Source of the DNA: Cyanobacteria bacterium P01_D01_bin.156
Lineage (GTDB): Bacteria; Cyanobacteriota; Cyanobacteriia; Phormidesmidales; Phormidesmidaceae
Assembly: GCA_039024555.1 (NCBI GenBank)
Contig: JBCCQQ010000009.1
Coordinates: 67,509-131,508, forward strand
DNA length: 64,000 nucleotides
Direction of reading: 5' to 3'
Shown: one piece after another, positions 19,548 through 31,572 of the stretch
Position numbering within the stretch: position 1 is the stretch's first letter
How the letters are laid out: each line of letters begins with the position of its first letter
The notes under the pieces: model-generated
What the model saw: the letters and a program-made list of their open reading frames with translations, nothing else
Database searches by the model: none
What the model was told of the DNA's origin: nothing
Made by a program: the position numbers and the translations under genes

Positions 19548-22433
19548 TTACCAGACCTCGTCCTGATCGCCCCATTCGTCACGATAGCGCTCTGAACTGG
19601 AGGATTGCTGCCCAGAGTTAGCAGAATATCCCTCTTGACGTGGATGATTAGTTGGGCTGTTTTGGGGACGAGTCGGGATATTATCCGCAGATTTATCTGC
19701 CCAAGGATCGTCGTCTACTGGAGGAGTAGCACTCCACCGGCTATTGGAGCCAGTATTGGCATCATTTTGGTAGGGATAGTCAGAGTTAGATGCTGTGCCT
19801 GGAGAGTTAGGTGCTGGCCTTGGATTGCCACGATTCTCTGGGGATGGCCTTGAAAAATTGTCGTATGTCGGATATGAGCCCTCTCTATTGTTCTCATAAG
19901 ATGGTTGTCCATAACCGTCTTGTTGATTGTAGGCATTGTCATTGCCCTGCCATCTCTCCGGCTGTGGTCTGGAGTTACGGTTGTCTTGAATTTGTTGCCC
20001 GTCACGATAGGCGGATGAGTCATACCCTGGCTGACCGTTGTAGTCCTGTCGAAGATTGCGATCGTCGCCGTAGCGATTTGGAGGATTAGGGGGCTGGCTG
20101 TAGGCGTCTTGATTGGGAGGTTGCCTGTAGGAGCCTTGATCATATGCACCAGATTGTGGATATTGGTTCGGTTGCTGGTTTTGATCTTGAGGTGGAGTCG
20201 ATTGATAGTTGCCAGCATCATAATTATCAGCACCATAGCGAGGCTGATTGGGCTGCTGTCTACGATCATCTCGGCCATATCCTTGGTCATAGCGTTGTTG
20301 CCCATAAGGGGCTGGACCATAGCCACCGGAGTATTGATCCCGTCCATTATTAGAACCACGGCGCGAGTCATTGTCGCGACCATACCCATCAGCGGGATTG
20401 TAGTCTCCTTGGCGAGCCGCTGGACGATTCCAGCTATCATCCCAATCATCCCAACCGCTGCGATTATCTCGACGGCCAGCCGACCAGCTTGGGTTGTTGT
20501 CCCACTGGCTTTGACCGTTCCAGTCGTAGTCGCGACGATAATAATCGTCGTCATCTTCAAAGGCTTTTTTGATGGTGTCGCCGATTTGGTTAAAGATGTT
20601 GCCGTCGTCGTTATCGGCGTCGTATAGGTAGGCTTCGCGATTGAGTTCGTACAGTTCGTCTTGCAATTCAGATTGAACCATATCCACCATGCGCTCATCC
20701 TCGCGTTTTAGCGCACCACGTAGGTCTTGAATGAGATTATCAATGCGGCGTTTGCGATCGCGAGCAAACTGCAGACCAAAATCAATGGAAACACTGCGCA
20801 TGGCACGCTCTGCCTGGAATGTGAGTGTTTCAGCTCGATTGCGCTTCTCAATACGTTCCCGCTGCCCTCGATCCACATCAGCAAATTCTTCTGCTTCCTT
20901 GAGCATTCGCTGGATGTCGTCTTCAGCTAGGTTAGACGCTTCTTGTACCGTGATACTTTGCTCGCGCCCGGTGGTTTTGTCCATGGCAGACACTTGCAAA
21001 ATACCATTGGCATCGATGTCAAAGGACACTTGGACCTGGGGGATGCCTCGGGGCGCTGGTGGAATACCCATGAGCTTAAAACGGCCTAGGGACTTATTGT
21101 CCATTGCCATTTCCCGCTCACCTTGAATGATGTGAACCTCGACCACCGTTTGGTTATTTTCGGATGTGGAAAATACGTCTGAACGTCTAACGGGAATGGT
21201 GGTATTGCGGGGAATCACCTTTTTCATTACCCCACCGATGGTTTCCAATCCCAAGGACAGCGGTGTGACATCCAGCAGCATGATGTCTTTTACCTCATCT
21301 GTGAGGATGCCAGCTTGAATAGCTGCGCCCACCGCCACCGCCTCATCAGGATTGACATTCTGATTGGGTTCTTTGCTGAGTAGGGAGCGCACCAGATGTT
21401 GCACCATCGGCATACGACTAGATCCACCCACTAAAACCACCTCATCAATTTGAGAGGGTGATAATCGTGCATCATTCATGGCCTGCTGTACTGGAGCCCG
21501 CAGACGGCTAATGAGGTCGGCACAGAGGGATTCAAAGTGCGATCGCGATAACTTTTTCTCAATGTGTTTGGGACCATCAGCTGTAGCCGTGATAAAGGGC
21601 AAATTAATTTCAGCTGTAGGTAACCCAGACAGTTCTACCTTTGCTTTTTCGGCGGCCTCGGTGAGTCTCTGTAAAGCTTGACGATCTCGTCGCAGGTCTA
21701 CACCTTCTGTATCCAGAAATTCATCTGCCAACCAATCAACAATTTTCTTGTCAAAGTTAACCCCCCCAAGCTGGGTATCACCGCTGGTCGCTCTGACTTC
21801 AAAGACACCATTCCGGACATCTAAAATGGAAACATCAAACGTACCTCCACCCAGGTCGAACACCAGAATAGTTTGATTGAACTGCTGGTCTAAACCATAG
21901 GCGAGGGCTGCTGCCGTTGGCTCATTGATAATGCGTTTGACTTCTAAGCCTGCGATCCGTCCAGCATCTCGTGTGGCTTGACGCTGGGCGTCATTAAAAT
22001 AAGCCGGAACCGTGATCACAGCACCTGTGACCGGCTGACCCATGTAGCGACTGGCTTCCTCGGCTAACTTTCTCAGCACCATCGCTGAAATCTCTTCGGG
22101 AGCAAAGTCCTTATCTAGGCGTGGGCAACGGACTTTGACATTACCGGCTTCATCTTTACGTACGGTGTAGGGAACCCGTTTCGACTCAGAACTAAGTTCT
22201 GTGTATTTACGACCTAAATAGCGCTTGACGTTGTAAAACGTATTTTGTGGATTCAGTACTGATTGACGTCGCGCCATTTGACCTACTAGGCGCTCTCCTT
22301 CCTTGCTAAAGGCAACAACCGAAGGTGTGGTCCGCATACCCTCCGCATTGGCAATAACCACCGGCTTGCCACCTTCGATCACTGAGACGACTGAGTTGGT
22401 AGTACCGAGGTCAATACCGACGACCTTTCCCAT
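19548..22433 (-). CDS. dnaK: Molecular chaperone DnaK (DnaK3-like) with very long low-complexity C-terminal extension
   Basis: [41 protein letters not shown]; acidic/Trp tail motifs; dnaJ adjacent. Confidence 0.96.
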   Translation of the reverse strand: MGKVVGIDLGTTNSVVSVIEGGKPVVIANAEGMRTTPSVVAFSKEGERLVGQMARRQSVLNPQNTFYNVKRYLGRKYTELSSESKRVPYTVRKDEAGNVKVRCPRLDKDFAPEEISAMVLRKLAEEASRYMGQPVTGAVITVPAYFNDAQRQATRDAGRIAGLEVKRIINEPTAAALAYGLDQQFNQTILVFDLGGGTFDVSILDVRNGVFEVRATSGDTQLGGVNFDKKIVDWLADEFLDTEGVDLRRDRQALQRLTEAAEKAKVELSGLPTAEINLPFITATADGPKHIEKKLSRSHFESLCADLISRLRAPVQQAMNDARLSPSQIDEVVLVGGSSRMPMVQHLVRSLLSKEPNQNVNPDEAVAVGAAIQAGILTDEVKDIMLLDVTPLSLGLETIGGVMKKVIPRNTTIPVRRSDVFSTSENNQTVVEVHIIQGEREMAMDNKSLGRFKLMGIPPAPRGIPQVQVSFDIDANGILQVSAMDKTTGREQSITVQEASNLAEDDIQRMLKEAEEFADVDRGQRERIEKRNRAETLTFQAERAMRSVSIDFGLQFARDRKRRIDNLIQDLRGALKREDERMVDMVQSELQDELYELNREAYLYDADNDDGNIFNQIGDTIKKAFEDDDDYYRRDYDWNGQSQWDNNPSWSAGRRDNRSGWDDWDDSWNRPAARQGDYNPADGYGRDNDSRRGSNNGRDQYSGGYGPAPYGQQRYDQGYGRDDRRQQPNQPRYGADNYDAGNYQSTPPQDQNQQPNQYPQSGAYDQGSYRQPPNQDAYSQPPNPPNRYGDDRNLRQDYNGQPGYDSSAYRDGQQIQDNRNSRPQPERWQGNDNAYNQQDGYGQPSYENNREGSYPTYDNFSRPSPENRGNPRPAPNSPGTASNSDYPYQNDANTGSNSRWSATPPVDDDPWADKSADNIPTRPQNSPTNHPRQEGYSANSGQQSSSSERYRDEWGDQDEVW

Positions 22434-22645
22434 CCGCTAGGTTTCTCCCGTTGTGCCTGTAGCGGCCATAGCCGTCTACACAATTAATCATATATATAGT
22501 AGTCGCTTAGTAGTCTAAGCCACTATTGGGTTGCGACTTAACCGCATATACACACCATCATAATGGTCCGGTTATGGCAATGTTGTCTATTCCAGAGAAC
22601 CGACTATAAACTTGTACCTATCCTCTGATAATATTTAATTTACAA

Positions 22646-22728
22646 GCGGATGTGGCGGAATTGGTAGACGCGCTAGGTTTAGGTTCTAGTGTCTTCGTGA
22701 CGTGAAGGTTCAAGTCCTTTCATCCGCA
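22646..22728 (+). tRNA. trnL: tRNA-Leu(TAG)
   Basis: GCGGATG...CATCCGC-A acceptor stem, D loop TTGGTAGA, anticodon arm CTAGG-TTTAGGT-TCTAG, long variable arm, GGTTCAAGTCC; CCA not encoded. Confidence 0.95.
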
Positions 22729-22730
22729 TC

Positions 22731-22765
22731 AGAGCCCTGACTTCTAGTAAAGTTGGGGCTTTTTA
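22731..22765 (+). terminator. Terminator-like hairpin after tRNA-Leu
   Basis: AGAGCCCTGACTT...AAGTTGGGGCTTTTT. Confidence 0.7.
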
Positions 22766-22907
22766 GGTTAATACCTGTGGATAGAAGTCGGGGCTCTAAA
22801 TGCGTCGCTTTTCAAGTCCTTAGTTTCAAATTTGGTAACCAAGCCAGAGTCTCAAAAGCCTGCATTCATACTGAATCTAAGAATTTAGATGAAGGGCAGG
22901 AGTTGAG

Positions 22908-23816
22908 ATGGCAACATTACTAAAATCTAGGTTGGCGGTACTGATGGCAGTGGTCAGTTTAGCCAGCTGTAGTGCCGCTAATAATTTCAAAAGTGAAACA
23001 AGCTTACAAGTGGCTTTACCAGAAGAATCCACAGCAGTAGCGGATTCTGCCAATGTGCTTCAGCAACCTGAAGCGATCAGCCAAGGCTCTGACGCAACTG
23101 TGAGTCGATCGGCTGATTTACCGCAGGATGTGACAACTGGCCAACCTCAGCTGATAAAACGTGCCCAGCTTAACGTGATAGTAAATTCAGTAGATGACAG
23201 CTTACAACAAGCATCACAGCTGGTTCGTACCCACCAGGGCGATATTCTAGACTTGCAAGATAATCATATCGAAGCTGTTCAACGTACTGTTTACCTGCGA
23301 ATTCGGGTTCCCCAGGCTAAGTTGGACACTCTATTGGCAGATCTCAGTGGTCTTGGCACTATTCAACAGCAGGGGTTGAGTGCAGAAGATGTGTCTACCC
23401 AGATCGTGGATGCTCGGGCACGACTCCGCAATTTGCGAAAATCTGAGGAATCACTCCTCAAAATTATGGAACGCTCTGGGGAAATTTCCCATGTTCTGGA
23501 AGTATCTCGGGAACTGAGCCGTGTCCGTGAGCAAATTGAGCAAATTGATGCTCGTGTACAGAATCTTCAAACTCAGGTCCGCTACTCCACCATTGATTTG
23601 ACTTTAGGTGCAGCTGTTGTATCCCAGCCTATCGGTCGCCCCGTGGTTGAAACGATTCGCACTACCTGGCAAGAGGCTACTCAATCCGTGGGGGACTTGA
23701 CCGTAGGACTCATGCAACTGGGTTTATGGCTATTGGCCTATAGTCCGTATCTATTGGTGGTGGCGATTGCTGGTGTGGTTGGTTATCGCACTGTGCGCCG
23801 CCGCACAAGTGCTTAG
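22908..23816 (+). CDS. DUF4349 domain lipoprotein
   Basis: Lipobox LASC, QLIKRAQL, EDVSTQIVDARARL, C-terminal TM helix; GGAG RBS. Confidence 0.9.
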   Translation: MATLLKSRLAVLMAVVSLASCSAANNFKSETSLQVALPEESTAVADSANVLQQPEAISQGSDATVSRSADLPQDVTTGQPQLIKRAQLNVIVNSVDDSLQQASQLVRTHQGDILDLQDNHIEAVQRTVYLRIRVPQAKLDTLLADLSGLGTIQQQGLSAEDVSTQIVDARARLRNLRKSEESLLKIMERSGEISHVLEVSRELSRVREQIEQIDARVQNLQTQVRYSTIDLTLGAAVVSQPIGRPVVETIRTTWQEATQSVGDLTVGLMQLGLWLLAYSPYLLVVAIAGVVGYRTVRRRTSA

Positions 23817-23893
23817 CCTAATCATGGTGAGGAAGCAGGTTGTTAATGGCTAAGCAGAGGTTGCGATCCTGTGGGTTCAGCACCGGCTTTCAT

Positions 23894-24886
23894 CTAGTGA
23901 AGCTGGTAATAGTCCGTATACCAGACGATAAACTTTTCCATGCCAACTTCTAGGGGGGTGCTGGGAGCAAAGCCTACATCAGCTGATAGGTCGGCTACAT
24001 CGGCATAGGTCGCTTTCACATCCCCTGGCTGCATTGGCATCATTTCTTTAGTGGCTGTTTTACCCAATGTTTGCTCAATGATTTCGATGAAGCGCATCAG
24101 TTCCACCGGGCTGTGATTACCGATGTTGTAGAGCTTGTAGGGAGCCGTGGTGTTAAATGCTTCATCAGCTAGGGGCTTTGGTAGCTGGCGCATAGCTCGC
24201 ACCACCCCTTCTACTACATCATCTATATAGGTAAAGTCGCGCTGCATTTTTCCATGGTTATAGACATGGATTGGGCGGTTGTTTGCGATCGCGTCTACAA
24301 ACTTAAAATAGGCCATATCTGGACGACCCCAGGGGCCATATACCGTAAAAAATCTCAGCCCTGTAGTTGGCATGTTGTACAGATGACTGTAGGAATGAGC
24401 CATTAGCTCATTGGCCTTTTTAGTGGCTGCATATAGGGAAACAGGGTGATCGACATTGTCTGTTGTTGCAAACGGTACCTGACGATTCGCTCCGTACACC
24501 GAACTAGACGATGCATACACCAAATGCTCCACACCATGGTGGCGACACCCTTCTAAGACATGAATAAACCCTGTTAAGTTACTGTCTGCGTAAGCATAGG
24601 GATTTTTGAGGGAGTACCGTACACCAGCTTGGGCAGCCAAGTGAATCACACGATCAAACGAATGATTTTGAAACAGTGCACCCATGGTTGAGCGATCGGC
24701 AATATCTATCGCTGCAAATTCAAAGGCAGGATGGGGCAAAAGCTGAGCCAGTCGGTCTTTTTTAAGCGGAACACTGTAGTAGTCATTGAGATTATCGATC
24801 CCGTAGACCGAATCTCCATCAGCTAGCAGACGCTGAGCTACGAAGAAACCAATAAAACCAGCTACGCCAGTGACTAATACGTTCAT
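23894..24886 (-). CDS. NAD-dependent epimerase (UDP-glucuronate 4-epimerase type)
   Basis: TGVAGFIG, HLAAQAGVRYS, YAATKK, FFTVYGPWGRPDMA. Confidence 0.93.
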   Translation of the reverse strand: MNVLVTGVAGFIGFFVAQRLLADGDSVYGIDNLNDYYSVPLKKDRLAQLLPHPAFEFAAIDIADRSTMGALFQNHSFDRVIHLAAQAGVRYSLKNPYAYADSNLTGFIHVLEGCRHHGVEHLVYASSSSVYGANRQVPFATTDNVDHPVSLYAATKKANELMAHSYSHLYNMPTTGLRFFTVYGPWGRPDMAYFKFVDAIANNRPIHVYNHGKMQRDFTYIDDVVEGVVRAMRQLPKPLADEAFNTTAPYKLYNIGNHSPVELMRFIEIIEQTLGKTATKEMMPMQPGDVKATYADVADLSADVGFAPSTPLEVGMEKFIVWYTDYYQLH

Positions 24887-25386
24887 ATGTAACTAACATT
24901 TCCTTTATCACTAAGGCTTCCCTGCCAAGCGCTTTTAACAGAGTATCTTTTGTGCTCTGTCTCTGGATAGTTTTACATAACGCGCATGAGCTAGGTAAAA
25001 ATGCTGAAGATTATCCTCATATAAAACATAGAGGCGCTTCTTAAAAATTGACAAAGGCTTAGGATAAGTTGTCCTTGAAAGGACAATTGGTAACAATCAA
25101 GTGACCATTTGGTTCTGAATCTATTTAGAGAATCATTCCTGCAATCACCTATCGCTATCTAGCCAATTTCTTCAGGTAAGTTAGTCAATCCTAAAGGACT
25201 TAAAAAAGGCTTTCCCAAAAGTTTCTAGACAAGTATTTGCTGATAAACAAACCGTTTGAACCTCATTTCAAAAAGCCTGTCTATTAGCCCTTAAATCTTT
25301 TCTTTGAATAGGAAACAACTGTTCTATATCAGTGCTAGGATTGCCAGAGAACAAATGTGAAAGACGTAAGAAGGACGTAATCGTAA

Positions 25387-27540
25387 ATGCAAGAAATTGA
25401 CAAGTCAATATCCTTTGATGGACGGGATATTCGACTTAAGGTGGGACTTTTGGCCCCCCAGGCTGGTGGTTCAGTATTGATTGAGTCTGGAGAGACTGCT
25501 GTACTTGTAACTGCGACTCAGTCAAGCCCGCGGGAAGGTATCGACTTTTTACCCCTATTAGTAGACTACGAAGAACGTCTCTATGCGGCCGGTCGCATTC
25601 CGGGTGGATTTCTTAGAAGAGAGGGCCGTCCACCAGAGCGAGCTACTTTAACCAGCCGTCTTATTGACCGCCCTATGCGGCCATTGTTTCCCTCCTGGAT
25701 GCGAAATGACATTCAGGTTGTGGCAACGACTGTTTCCATGGATCATGATGTCCCACCCGATGTATTAGCTGCGACCGGGGCATCGATTGCCACACTCTTA
25801 GCCAAAATTCCATTCTATGGGCCGATGGCTGCTGTCCGAGTGGGTTTGATCGGTGATGATTTCATTATCAATCCTACGTATAAAGAGATTGCAGAAGGGG
25901 ATTTAGATTTAGTTGTTGCCGGTTCCCCTGACGGTGTCATTATGGTGGAAGCAGGAGCTAATCAGCTACCTGAGCAGGATGTTATTGAGGCGATCGACTT
26001 TGGTTATGAAGTAGTACGCGATATCATCCAAGCTCAAAAAGATATTATGGCGGAGCTGGGAATTGAGCCAGTTACATTGCCTGTACCTGAAACAGATCCG
26101 ACACTGTCAGACTTTTTGGCGGACAAAGCTACGGATGGTATCAAAGAAATTCTTAAAGAGTTTGAGCTGAGTAAGCCGGAACGGGATGAAAAGTTGGATG
26201 CCCTGAAGGCGGAAATCAGTGAGCAGGTTGCTGAATTATCCGAAGAAGATCCCATCAGTGTTGCGATCTCTGAAAATGGGAAGGCGTTTGGTAATTCCTA
26301 TAAATCCCTGACTAAAAAGCTGATGCGTGCTCAAATCCTGGAGGAAGGAGTGCGGGTCGATGGTCGTAAGCTAGATGAAGTGCGCCCCATTAGCTGCCGT
26401 ACCGGTGTTTTACCCAATCGTGTTCATGGTACGGGCTTATTTAAGCGTGGGTTGACCCAAGTAATGTCTGTCGTGACTTTGGGCACTCCCGGAGATGCTC
26501 AAATGACCGATGACTTACATCCAGATGATGAAAAGCGCTACTTACATCATTACAACTTTCCTCCTTACTCCGTGGGTGAGACCCGTCCCATGCGCTCTCC
26601 AGGTCGCCGAGAAATTGGCCATGGTGCGCTAGCTGAGAGGGCGTTAATGCCTGTTCTACCCCCTATGGGCGATTTCCCCTACGTAATTCGGGTGGTTTCT
26701 GAAGTGCTTTCCTCGAATGGCTCTACATCCATGGGCTCTGTGTGTGGTTCGACACTGTCGCTAATGGATGCGGGTGTACCCTTGGCCAAGCCAGTGAGTG
26801 GTGCGGCTATGGGGTTAATCAAAGAAGGTGATGAAGTTCGTATTTTGACTGACATCCAAGGAATTGAAGACTTCTTGGGAGATATGGACTTTAAAGTTGC
26901 TGGTACTGATAGTGGCATCACAGCTTTGCAGATGGATATGAAGATTACCGGACTGCCTGTTGAGACTATTGCTGAAGCCATTAATCAGGCAAAACCAGCT
27001 AGGCTCCATATCTTGTCCAAGATGTTGGAAGCTATCAATGCTCCCAGAGCTGAGCTATCGCCCTATGCGCCTAGGTTGCTGACCTTCAAGATTGATCCTG
27101 AGATGATCGGTATGGTGATCGGGCCAGGTGGTAAGCAAATTAAGAGTATCACTGATGAAACTGGCGCTAAAGTCGATATCCAGGATGATGGCACAATCAC
27201 TGTGTCTTCTCTAGATGGGGCTGCCGCTGAACGTGCCCAGGCGCTGATTGAAGGTATCACCTTTAAGCCATCGGCAGGCGATGTTTATGTGGGTAAGGTC
27301 ACTCGTATTATTCCCATCGGTGCATTTGTGGAGTACCGAACTGGTAAGGAAGGGATGATTCACATTTCTCAGCTGGCGGATTATCGCGTTAACAAAGTTG
27401 AGGACGAAGTAACCGTTGGGGAAGAGGTCTTGATTAAAATTCGTGAAATCGATAATCGTGGCCGAGTCAACCTTACGCGCTTAAATATTCATCCTGATGA
27501 AGCAGCTAAGGCACGAGCTGATGCTGGTTTAGACGCTTAA
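25387..27540 (+). CDS. pnp: Polyribonucleotide nucleotidyltransferase
   Basis: [36 protein letters not shown] and S1 domains. Confidence 0.98.
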   Translation: MQEIDKSISFDGRDIRLKVGLLAPQAGGSVLIESGETAVLVTATQSSPREGIDFLPLLVDYEERLYAAGRIPGGFLRREGRPPERATLTSRLIDRPMRPLFPSWMRNDIQVVATTVSMDHDVPPDVLAATGASIATLLAKIPFYGPMAAVRVGLIGDDFIINPTYKEIAEGDLDLVVAGSPDGVIMVEAGANQLPEQDVIEAIDFGYEVVRDIIQAQKDIMAELGIEPVTLPVPETDPTLSDFLADKATDGIKEILKEFELSKPERDEKLDALKAEISEQVAELSEEDPISVAISENGKAFGNSYKSLTKKLMRAQILEEGVRVDGRKLDEVRPISCRTGVLPNRVHGTGLFKRGLTQVMSVVTLGTPGDAQMTDDLHPDDEKRYLHHYNFPPYSVGETRPMRSPGRREIGHGALAERALMPVLPPMGDFPYVIRVVSEVLSSNGSTSMGSVCGSTLSLMDAGVPLAKPVSGAAMGLIKEGDEVRILTDIQGIEDFLGDMDFKVAGTDSGITALQMDMKITGLPVETIAEAINQAKPARLHILSKMLEAINAPRAELSPYAPRLLTFKIDPEMIGMVIGPGGKQIKSITDETGAKVDIQDDGTITVSSLDGAAAERAQALIEGITFKPSAGDVYVGKVTRIIPIGAFVEYRTGKEGMIHISQLADYRVNKVEDEVTVGEEVLIKIREIDNRGRVNLTRLNIHPDEAAKARADAGLDA

Positions 27541-27567
27541 AGCGTATCTCAATACTGGTTGTATTAA

Positions 27568-27614
27568 TCCCCTCTTAGATGCTGTAGGCTGTTGCGGCGT
27601 GTCTAGGAGGGGGA
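27568..27614 (+). terminator. Stem-loop after pnp
   Basis: TCCCCTCTTAGA...TCTAGGAGGGGGA imperfect inverted repeat. Confidence 0.5.
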
Positions 27615-27686
27615 GCTTTAGTTGCACTTGGTTCAGGTTTCTCGGTACGATGCTGGGTGCAATATTGAGAGCGAAATTATACATCC

Positions 27687-28412
27687 GTGCGAAGAATTGT
27701 TATCGCTGGTAATTGGAAGATGCATAAGACCCAAGCGGACAGCTTGGCGTTTTTGAATGGCTTTTTGTCCCAGCTAGGGGATACCCCTGAACAGCGTGAG
27801 GTTATTTTGTGTGGCCCTTTTACGGCATTGACTTCACTGTCTAAAACCCTCCATGGTTCACGTGTGATGGTGGGGGCTCAAAATATACACTGGGAGGCCT
27901 CAGGAGCCTACACTGGTGAAGTGTCTGGCGAAATGTTGACTGAGCTAGGTGTGCGCTATGTGATTGTTGGTCATAGTGAGCGGCGGCAATATTTTGGAGA
28001 GACAGATGCCACTGTTAATCTTCGTCTCAAGGCTGCTCAAGCAGCTGGGTTAACTCCTATTTTGTGTGTGGGTGAAACGAAGGCGCAGCGAGACGCTGGT
28101 GAAACTGAAACCCATGTGGTTGGTCAAATTGAAAAAGCTTTAACTGGTGTAGATCAAAGTAAATTGATCATTGCCTATGAACCTATCTGGGCGATTGGGA
28201 CGGGTGATACCTGTGCGTCTGATGAAGCCAATCGCGTATGTTGGTTAATCCGTTCACAATTGGCTAACAAAAATGTTCCTATTCAATATGGTGGCTCAGT
28301 GAAGCCTGGGAATGTGGATGAAATTATGGCCCAACCAGAAATTGATGGTGCGTTGGTTGGTGGAGCCAGCTTAGATGCTGATACGTTTGCTCGTATTGTG
28401 AATTATCTGTAG
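27687..28412 (+). CDS. tpiA: Triosephosphate isomerase
   Basis: [39 protein letters not shown] start. Confidence 0.98.
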   Translation: MRRIVIAGNWKMHKTQADSLAFLNGFLSQLGDTPEQREVILCGPFTALTSLSKTLHGSRVMVGAQNIHWEASGAYTGEVSGEMLTELGVRYVIVGHSERRQYFGETDATVNLRLKAAQAAGLTPILCVGETKAQRDAGETETHVVGQIEKALTGVDQSKLIIAYEPIWAIGTGDTCASDEANRVCWLIRSQLANKNVPIQYGGSVKPGNVDEIMAQPEIDGALVGGASLDADTFARIVNYL

Positions 28413-28430
28413 TGGCGAGGTTGGCATTCT

Positions 28431-29738
28431 TTAGGATTGCTCCTTTGTGTGATTGCAGTCGAACTCAGAATACGGCTGTACTTGTTCTTGAGTGATCTCG
28501 TCACTATTGACACAGTAGAGGGCATGTACATAGATGCGATCGCGTCCCTGTTGCTTAGCATGGTAGAGTGCCAAGTCTGCAGCTTGCAAAAGGTCATGGG
28601 AAGAGCGGTGATGATTCGGAATAATCGTGGCAATCCCCATGGTTAATGTGACTGCTTCAGAAACCTTGGAGGTTTTATGGGGAATGTTTTCTGCGGCTAA
28701 CTGCTGACGAATTTTGAAGGCTACATTGTGTCCTCCGGGTGTATCCGTATTAGGTAGAACGACTGCAAACTCTTCTCCTCCGTAACGCGCTACCAAATCA
28801 GCAGGACGTCGAGTACAGCGAGTCAGAACACGACTGACCTGAGTTAAGCAAATGTCTCCAGTGGGGTGCCCGTAGTCATCGTTATACAGTTTGAAATAGT
28901 CAATGTCGCACAGGATGAGTGTTAATGGCTGTTTTTCCCTGGCTAAGCGGTGCCATTCTGTTGTGAAATATGAGTCAAACTGACGACGATTAGCCAGGGA
29001 CGTCAAACTGTCAGTGAGAGCTAAAGATTTGAGATGGTGGTTGTCTTGTTGCAGGGCTTTGTATAAAAGGCTATGTTCTACAGCAACTTCGATTTCATCT
29101 GTGAGCAGACGTGCGTGTTGCTGTTGTTCTTGAGTCCACGTCATCTCACCCTGATGCCCTATGGCAACTAGCCCCCAAGGGATGTTTTGCGGTGATGATT
29201 GTTGTGGCACATCTATGGGTATTAGTAACCAAGAGCCAGACAATGTAGGGGATACCGATGTCGTGTTCACGACGATGGGACTGGACTGATAGAGTTGGTC
29301 TGCTATGAAATCTGATGTCAGGTATCGATTTAAACTGGTTAAATGTTCAATGCCTAACTGATGGCAGGATATGGTCATCGGTTGCCAGCCATGATGACCT
29401 TTTGTCAAGAGAAAACCCCAATCTGCCCGAAAGAAATGAATGAGATTAGGAGTGATTATTCGGCATAGCTCATCAATATCCAGATTGCGGTGAATTTCTC
29501 GAATAATTTCCCGTAGGTGTATATGTTGTTTTAGAAGCAGGGGGGTAGAGAAGCCTGCGGCATCATCCAAGCTACAGAGGCTATCAGTAGATGCTAGGGG
29601 CGGCTTAGGAGAACGATCATTGTGACAAAACGGATGCCGTAATTGAATAATCCATGGCTGAACAAGTTGTAATGATTTCAACCAAGACAAAAGTGATTGA
29701 ATCCGGGTTAATTGGTTTTGTAAAAAAGTTTGGCACAT
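28431..29738 (-). CDS. GAF-GGDEF diguanylate cyclase
   Basis: DSLTSLANRR, DIDYFKLYND, I-site RPAD, RYGGEEF; ORF is open to 29798. Confidence 0.9.
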   Translation of the reverse strand: MCQTFLQNQLTRIQSLLSWLKSLQLVQPWIIQLRHPFCHNDRSPKPPLASTDSLCSLDDAAGFSTPLLLKQHIHLREIIREIHRNLDIDELCRIITPNLIHFFRADWGFLLTKGHHGWQPMTISCHQLGIEHLTSLNRYLTSDFIADQLYQSSPIVVNTTSVSPTLSGSWLLIPIDVPQQSSPQNIPWGLVAIGHQGEMTWTQEQQQHARLLTDEIEVAVEHSLLYKALQQDNHHLKSLALTDSLTSLANRRQFDSYFTTEWHRLAREKQPLTLILCDIDYFKLYNDDYGHPTGDICLTQVSRVLTRCTRRPADLVARYGGEEFAVVLPNTDTPGGHNVAFKIRQQLAAENIPHKTSKVSEAVTLTMGIATIIPNHHRSSHDLLQAADLALYHAKQQGRDRIYVHALYCVNSDEITQEQVQPYSEFDCNHTKEQS

Positions 29739-30783
29739 GGGATGCCTAGAGCAAAGCAAACGAAAGCAGTTCGTTACAGCTCCTGTCAATCCTAACAAGT
29801 CTTAGATAGAAAAATTGCTGGTGCTGATGTAGGAAATAACCCGGTGTATGGAACCTTGTGAGGCTCATAATTTAAAGATTAAAATTATTCCTGGAAGCAG
29901 CAATGCCAAATTTTTATCTAAAACAATTCCATTCAATGGGCCACAGGAGGCCGATCGAATTAAGTCCAACTTATGTATCTACAATTTGTTGTTTCTCAGC
30001 TTACATTTTCTGTTAATAAATACAATCACTATCTCAGAAAATATACAGCTCTAAAAATCCACAAAAATCGATACTGTAATCTTTAGTGGAGTATGGAATT
30101 GTTCTTGATAACAGCGTGTAATGTTGAACTGAAACCTATAAAAACCGTCAGCTACAGTTGATACTTAAATCAGGAACACTGAATTCAGAGGAAACTTTGA
30201 TAAAAGTCTCTACAAGGTAACATAGTCATATTTCGTGCACACAACGTTTGGGTGAGAGTCGTATATCAATCACACCCTAATTAACGAACTAATAAGTGCG
30301 ACGAATTTCAAGTATTCAGTATATTACTAATATCTTCTATAGTGAAAAGACTGAAATTTATTTTTATGCCAAAAAATGGCTCTGATAATTGCTTAGAGCC
30401 ATCGAATTTGTAAGGCTAGGTCAGAAAACTATACTTTTATGCCGTTGCTAATTTATGGAATAGATCGATTAGATGATTCTCTACTGGGCCAGATTCTTGT
30501 AGAAAACATCATCCCGAGGATCCGCAACGCCATTTTTATGATCAAAAACCTTTAGAAGTGTTGTGTACTAGCGAGGTATTTCAAAAGATAGTGGCTTATA
30601 TGCGTGTACATGTTTAAGGATATTTGTGTTCAGTATTTTTTGCACTGTAACTATCTATAAGATCTGCTTTTTTTGTCCTTGATCAGGCACTGGGAGCGCG
30701 ATTATAGTTGTTGTATGGGCCGCCTATTAAGACTAGGTTAATCCACTGCTGATAAGCCGATAGAGGTGATTGTGAGTCGTTTG

Positions 30784-31572
30784 CTAGAGCTGCAAGAAAT
30801 GGGTCAACCCCGTAACTAAAGATGGAGGCCAGCGGCGTACATGCTCAACCCATTCGAGATCGGCATAGCGACGGTCTAGGCCACGGGCCGCAGCCCACTG
30901 GCTTTCTGCTTCACCCCAGTTACCGGTTTCCCATAGGGCCGCTGTGAGTGCAGCTCGGACATCGGCATAGTTAGGATATTTACGCGCCAGGCTTTTAAGT
31001 ATCTGTAGTGATTTTGTATGGTCGCCAACTTCAAAAAGGGCAATACCATAGTTGGCATATCCTAGTGAAAAGCTCGGTTGAATGGTAATGGATTCTTCGT
31101 AATCTTTGAGGGCGGCTTGCCAGTTTCCCTGCCCTGCTTTGGCATTCCCTCTATTATTGTAGGCTGCTGGATCATTGGGAGAGAGGGTGAGCACGCGATT
31201 ATAGTCATCAATCGCGGCTTGCCAGTTGCCTTCTGCTTCATAGGCTGCACCACGGTTGAGGTAGGGATCGGGCTGCAGCGGATCGAGGGTAATGGCGTGG
31301 TCGTAGTCGCTGATGGCCGCTGCGGTCTTATTTTGGCTAACCCGCACGTTACCGCGATTGCTCCATAAGGCAGGTTCATCGGGCAAGCTCTCGATCAACT
31401 GGCTCCAAACGGTCTCAGCTACATCAAATTGACCTTTTTGCGTGAGGGTAAAGGCCTGCTTCCGTAATCCTGCAATGTCCGTCGAGTTGGCAGGCACTGC
31501 CAAGCTCGACGGCGTTCCTAACGGCGTCAGTGTTAACCATAGTCCGAGGGCGATCGCAAATAACCAGCGCAT
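30784..31572 (-). CDS. Secreted tetratricopeptide repeat protein
   Basis: Signal peptide, repeated NRG...AIxDY TPRs, C-terminal RRWPP. Confidence 0.9.
   Translation of the reverse strand: MRWLFAIALGLWLTLTPLGTPSSLAVPANSTDIAGLRKQAFTLTQKGQFDVAETVWSQLIESLPDEPALWSNRGNVRVSQNKTAAAISDYDHAITLDPLQPDPYLNRGAAYEAEGNWQAAIDDYNRVLTLSPNDPAAYNNRGNAKAGQGNWQAALKDYEESITIQPSFSLGYANYGIALFEVGDHTKSLQILKSLARKYPNYADVRAALTAALWETGNWGEAESQWAAARGLDRRYADLEWVEHVRRWPPSLVTGLTHFLQL

Noticed and set aside
19715..20698. 327-aa alternative-frame ORF on the same strand as dnaK, covering its tail (also antisense ORFs such as 20109-20627)
   Set aside because: Stops in that frame need Leu/Ile/Val/Met codons in dnaK, which the low-complexity tail lacks; the Thr/Met/Ile-rich product is a typical shifted-frame shadow
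22434..22600. Hairpins upstream of dnaK as CIRCE or an RNA thermometer
   Set aside because: No TTAGCACTC-N9-GAGTGCTAA match, and the stems do not clearly sequester the RBS
22646..23816. tRNA-Leu as an integration site for an island
   Set aside because: No integrase, no duplicated tRNA 3' end seen, and ordinary flanking genes
24887..25386. Possible autoregulatory stem in the pnp leader
   Set aside because: Only 6-7 bp complementarities found by eye; insufficient support
29848..30555. ORF 29848-30054 and a 38-aa ORF starting at 30439
   Set aside because: AT-rich, no RBS and no recognisable motif; cannot be supported
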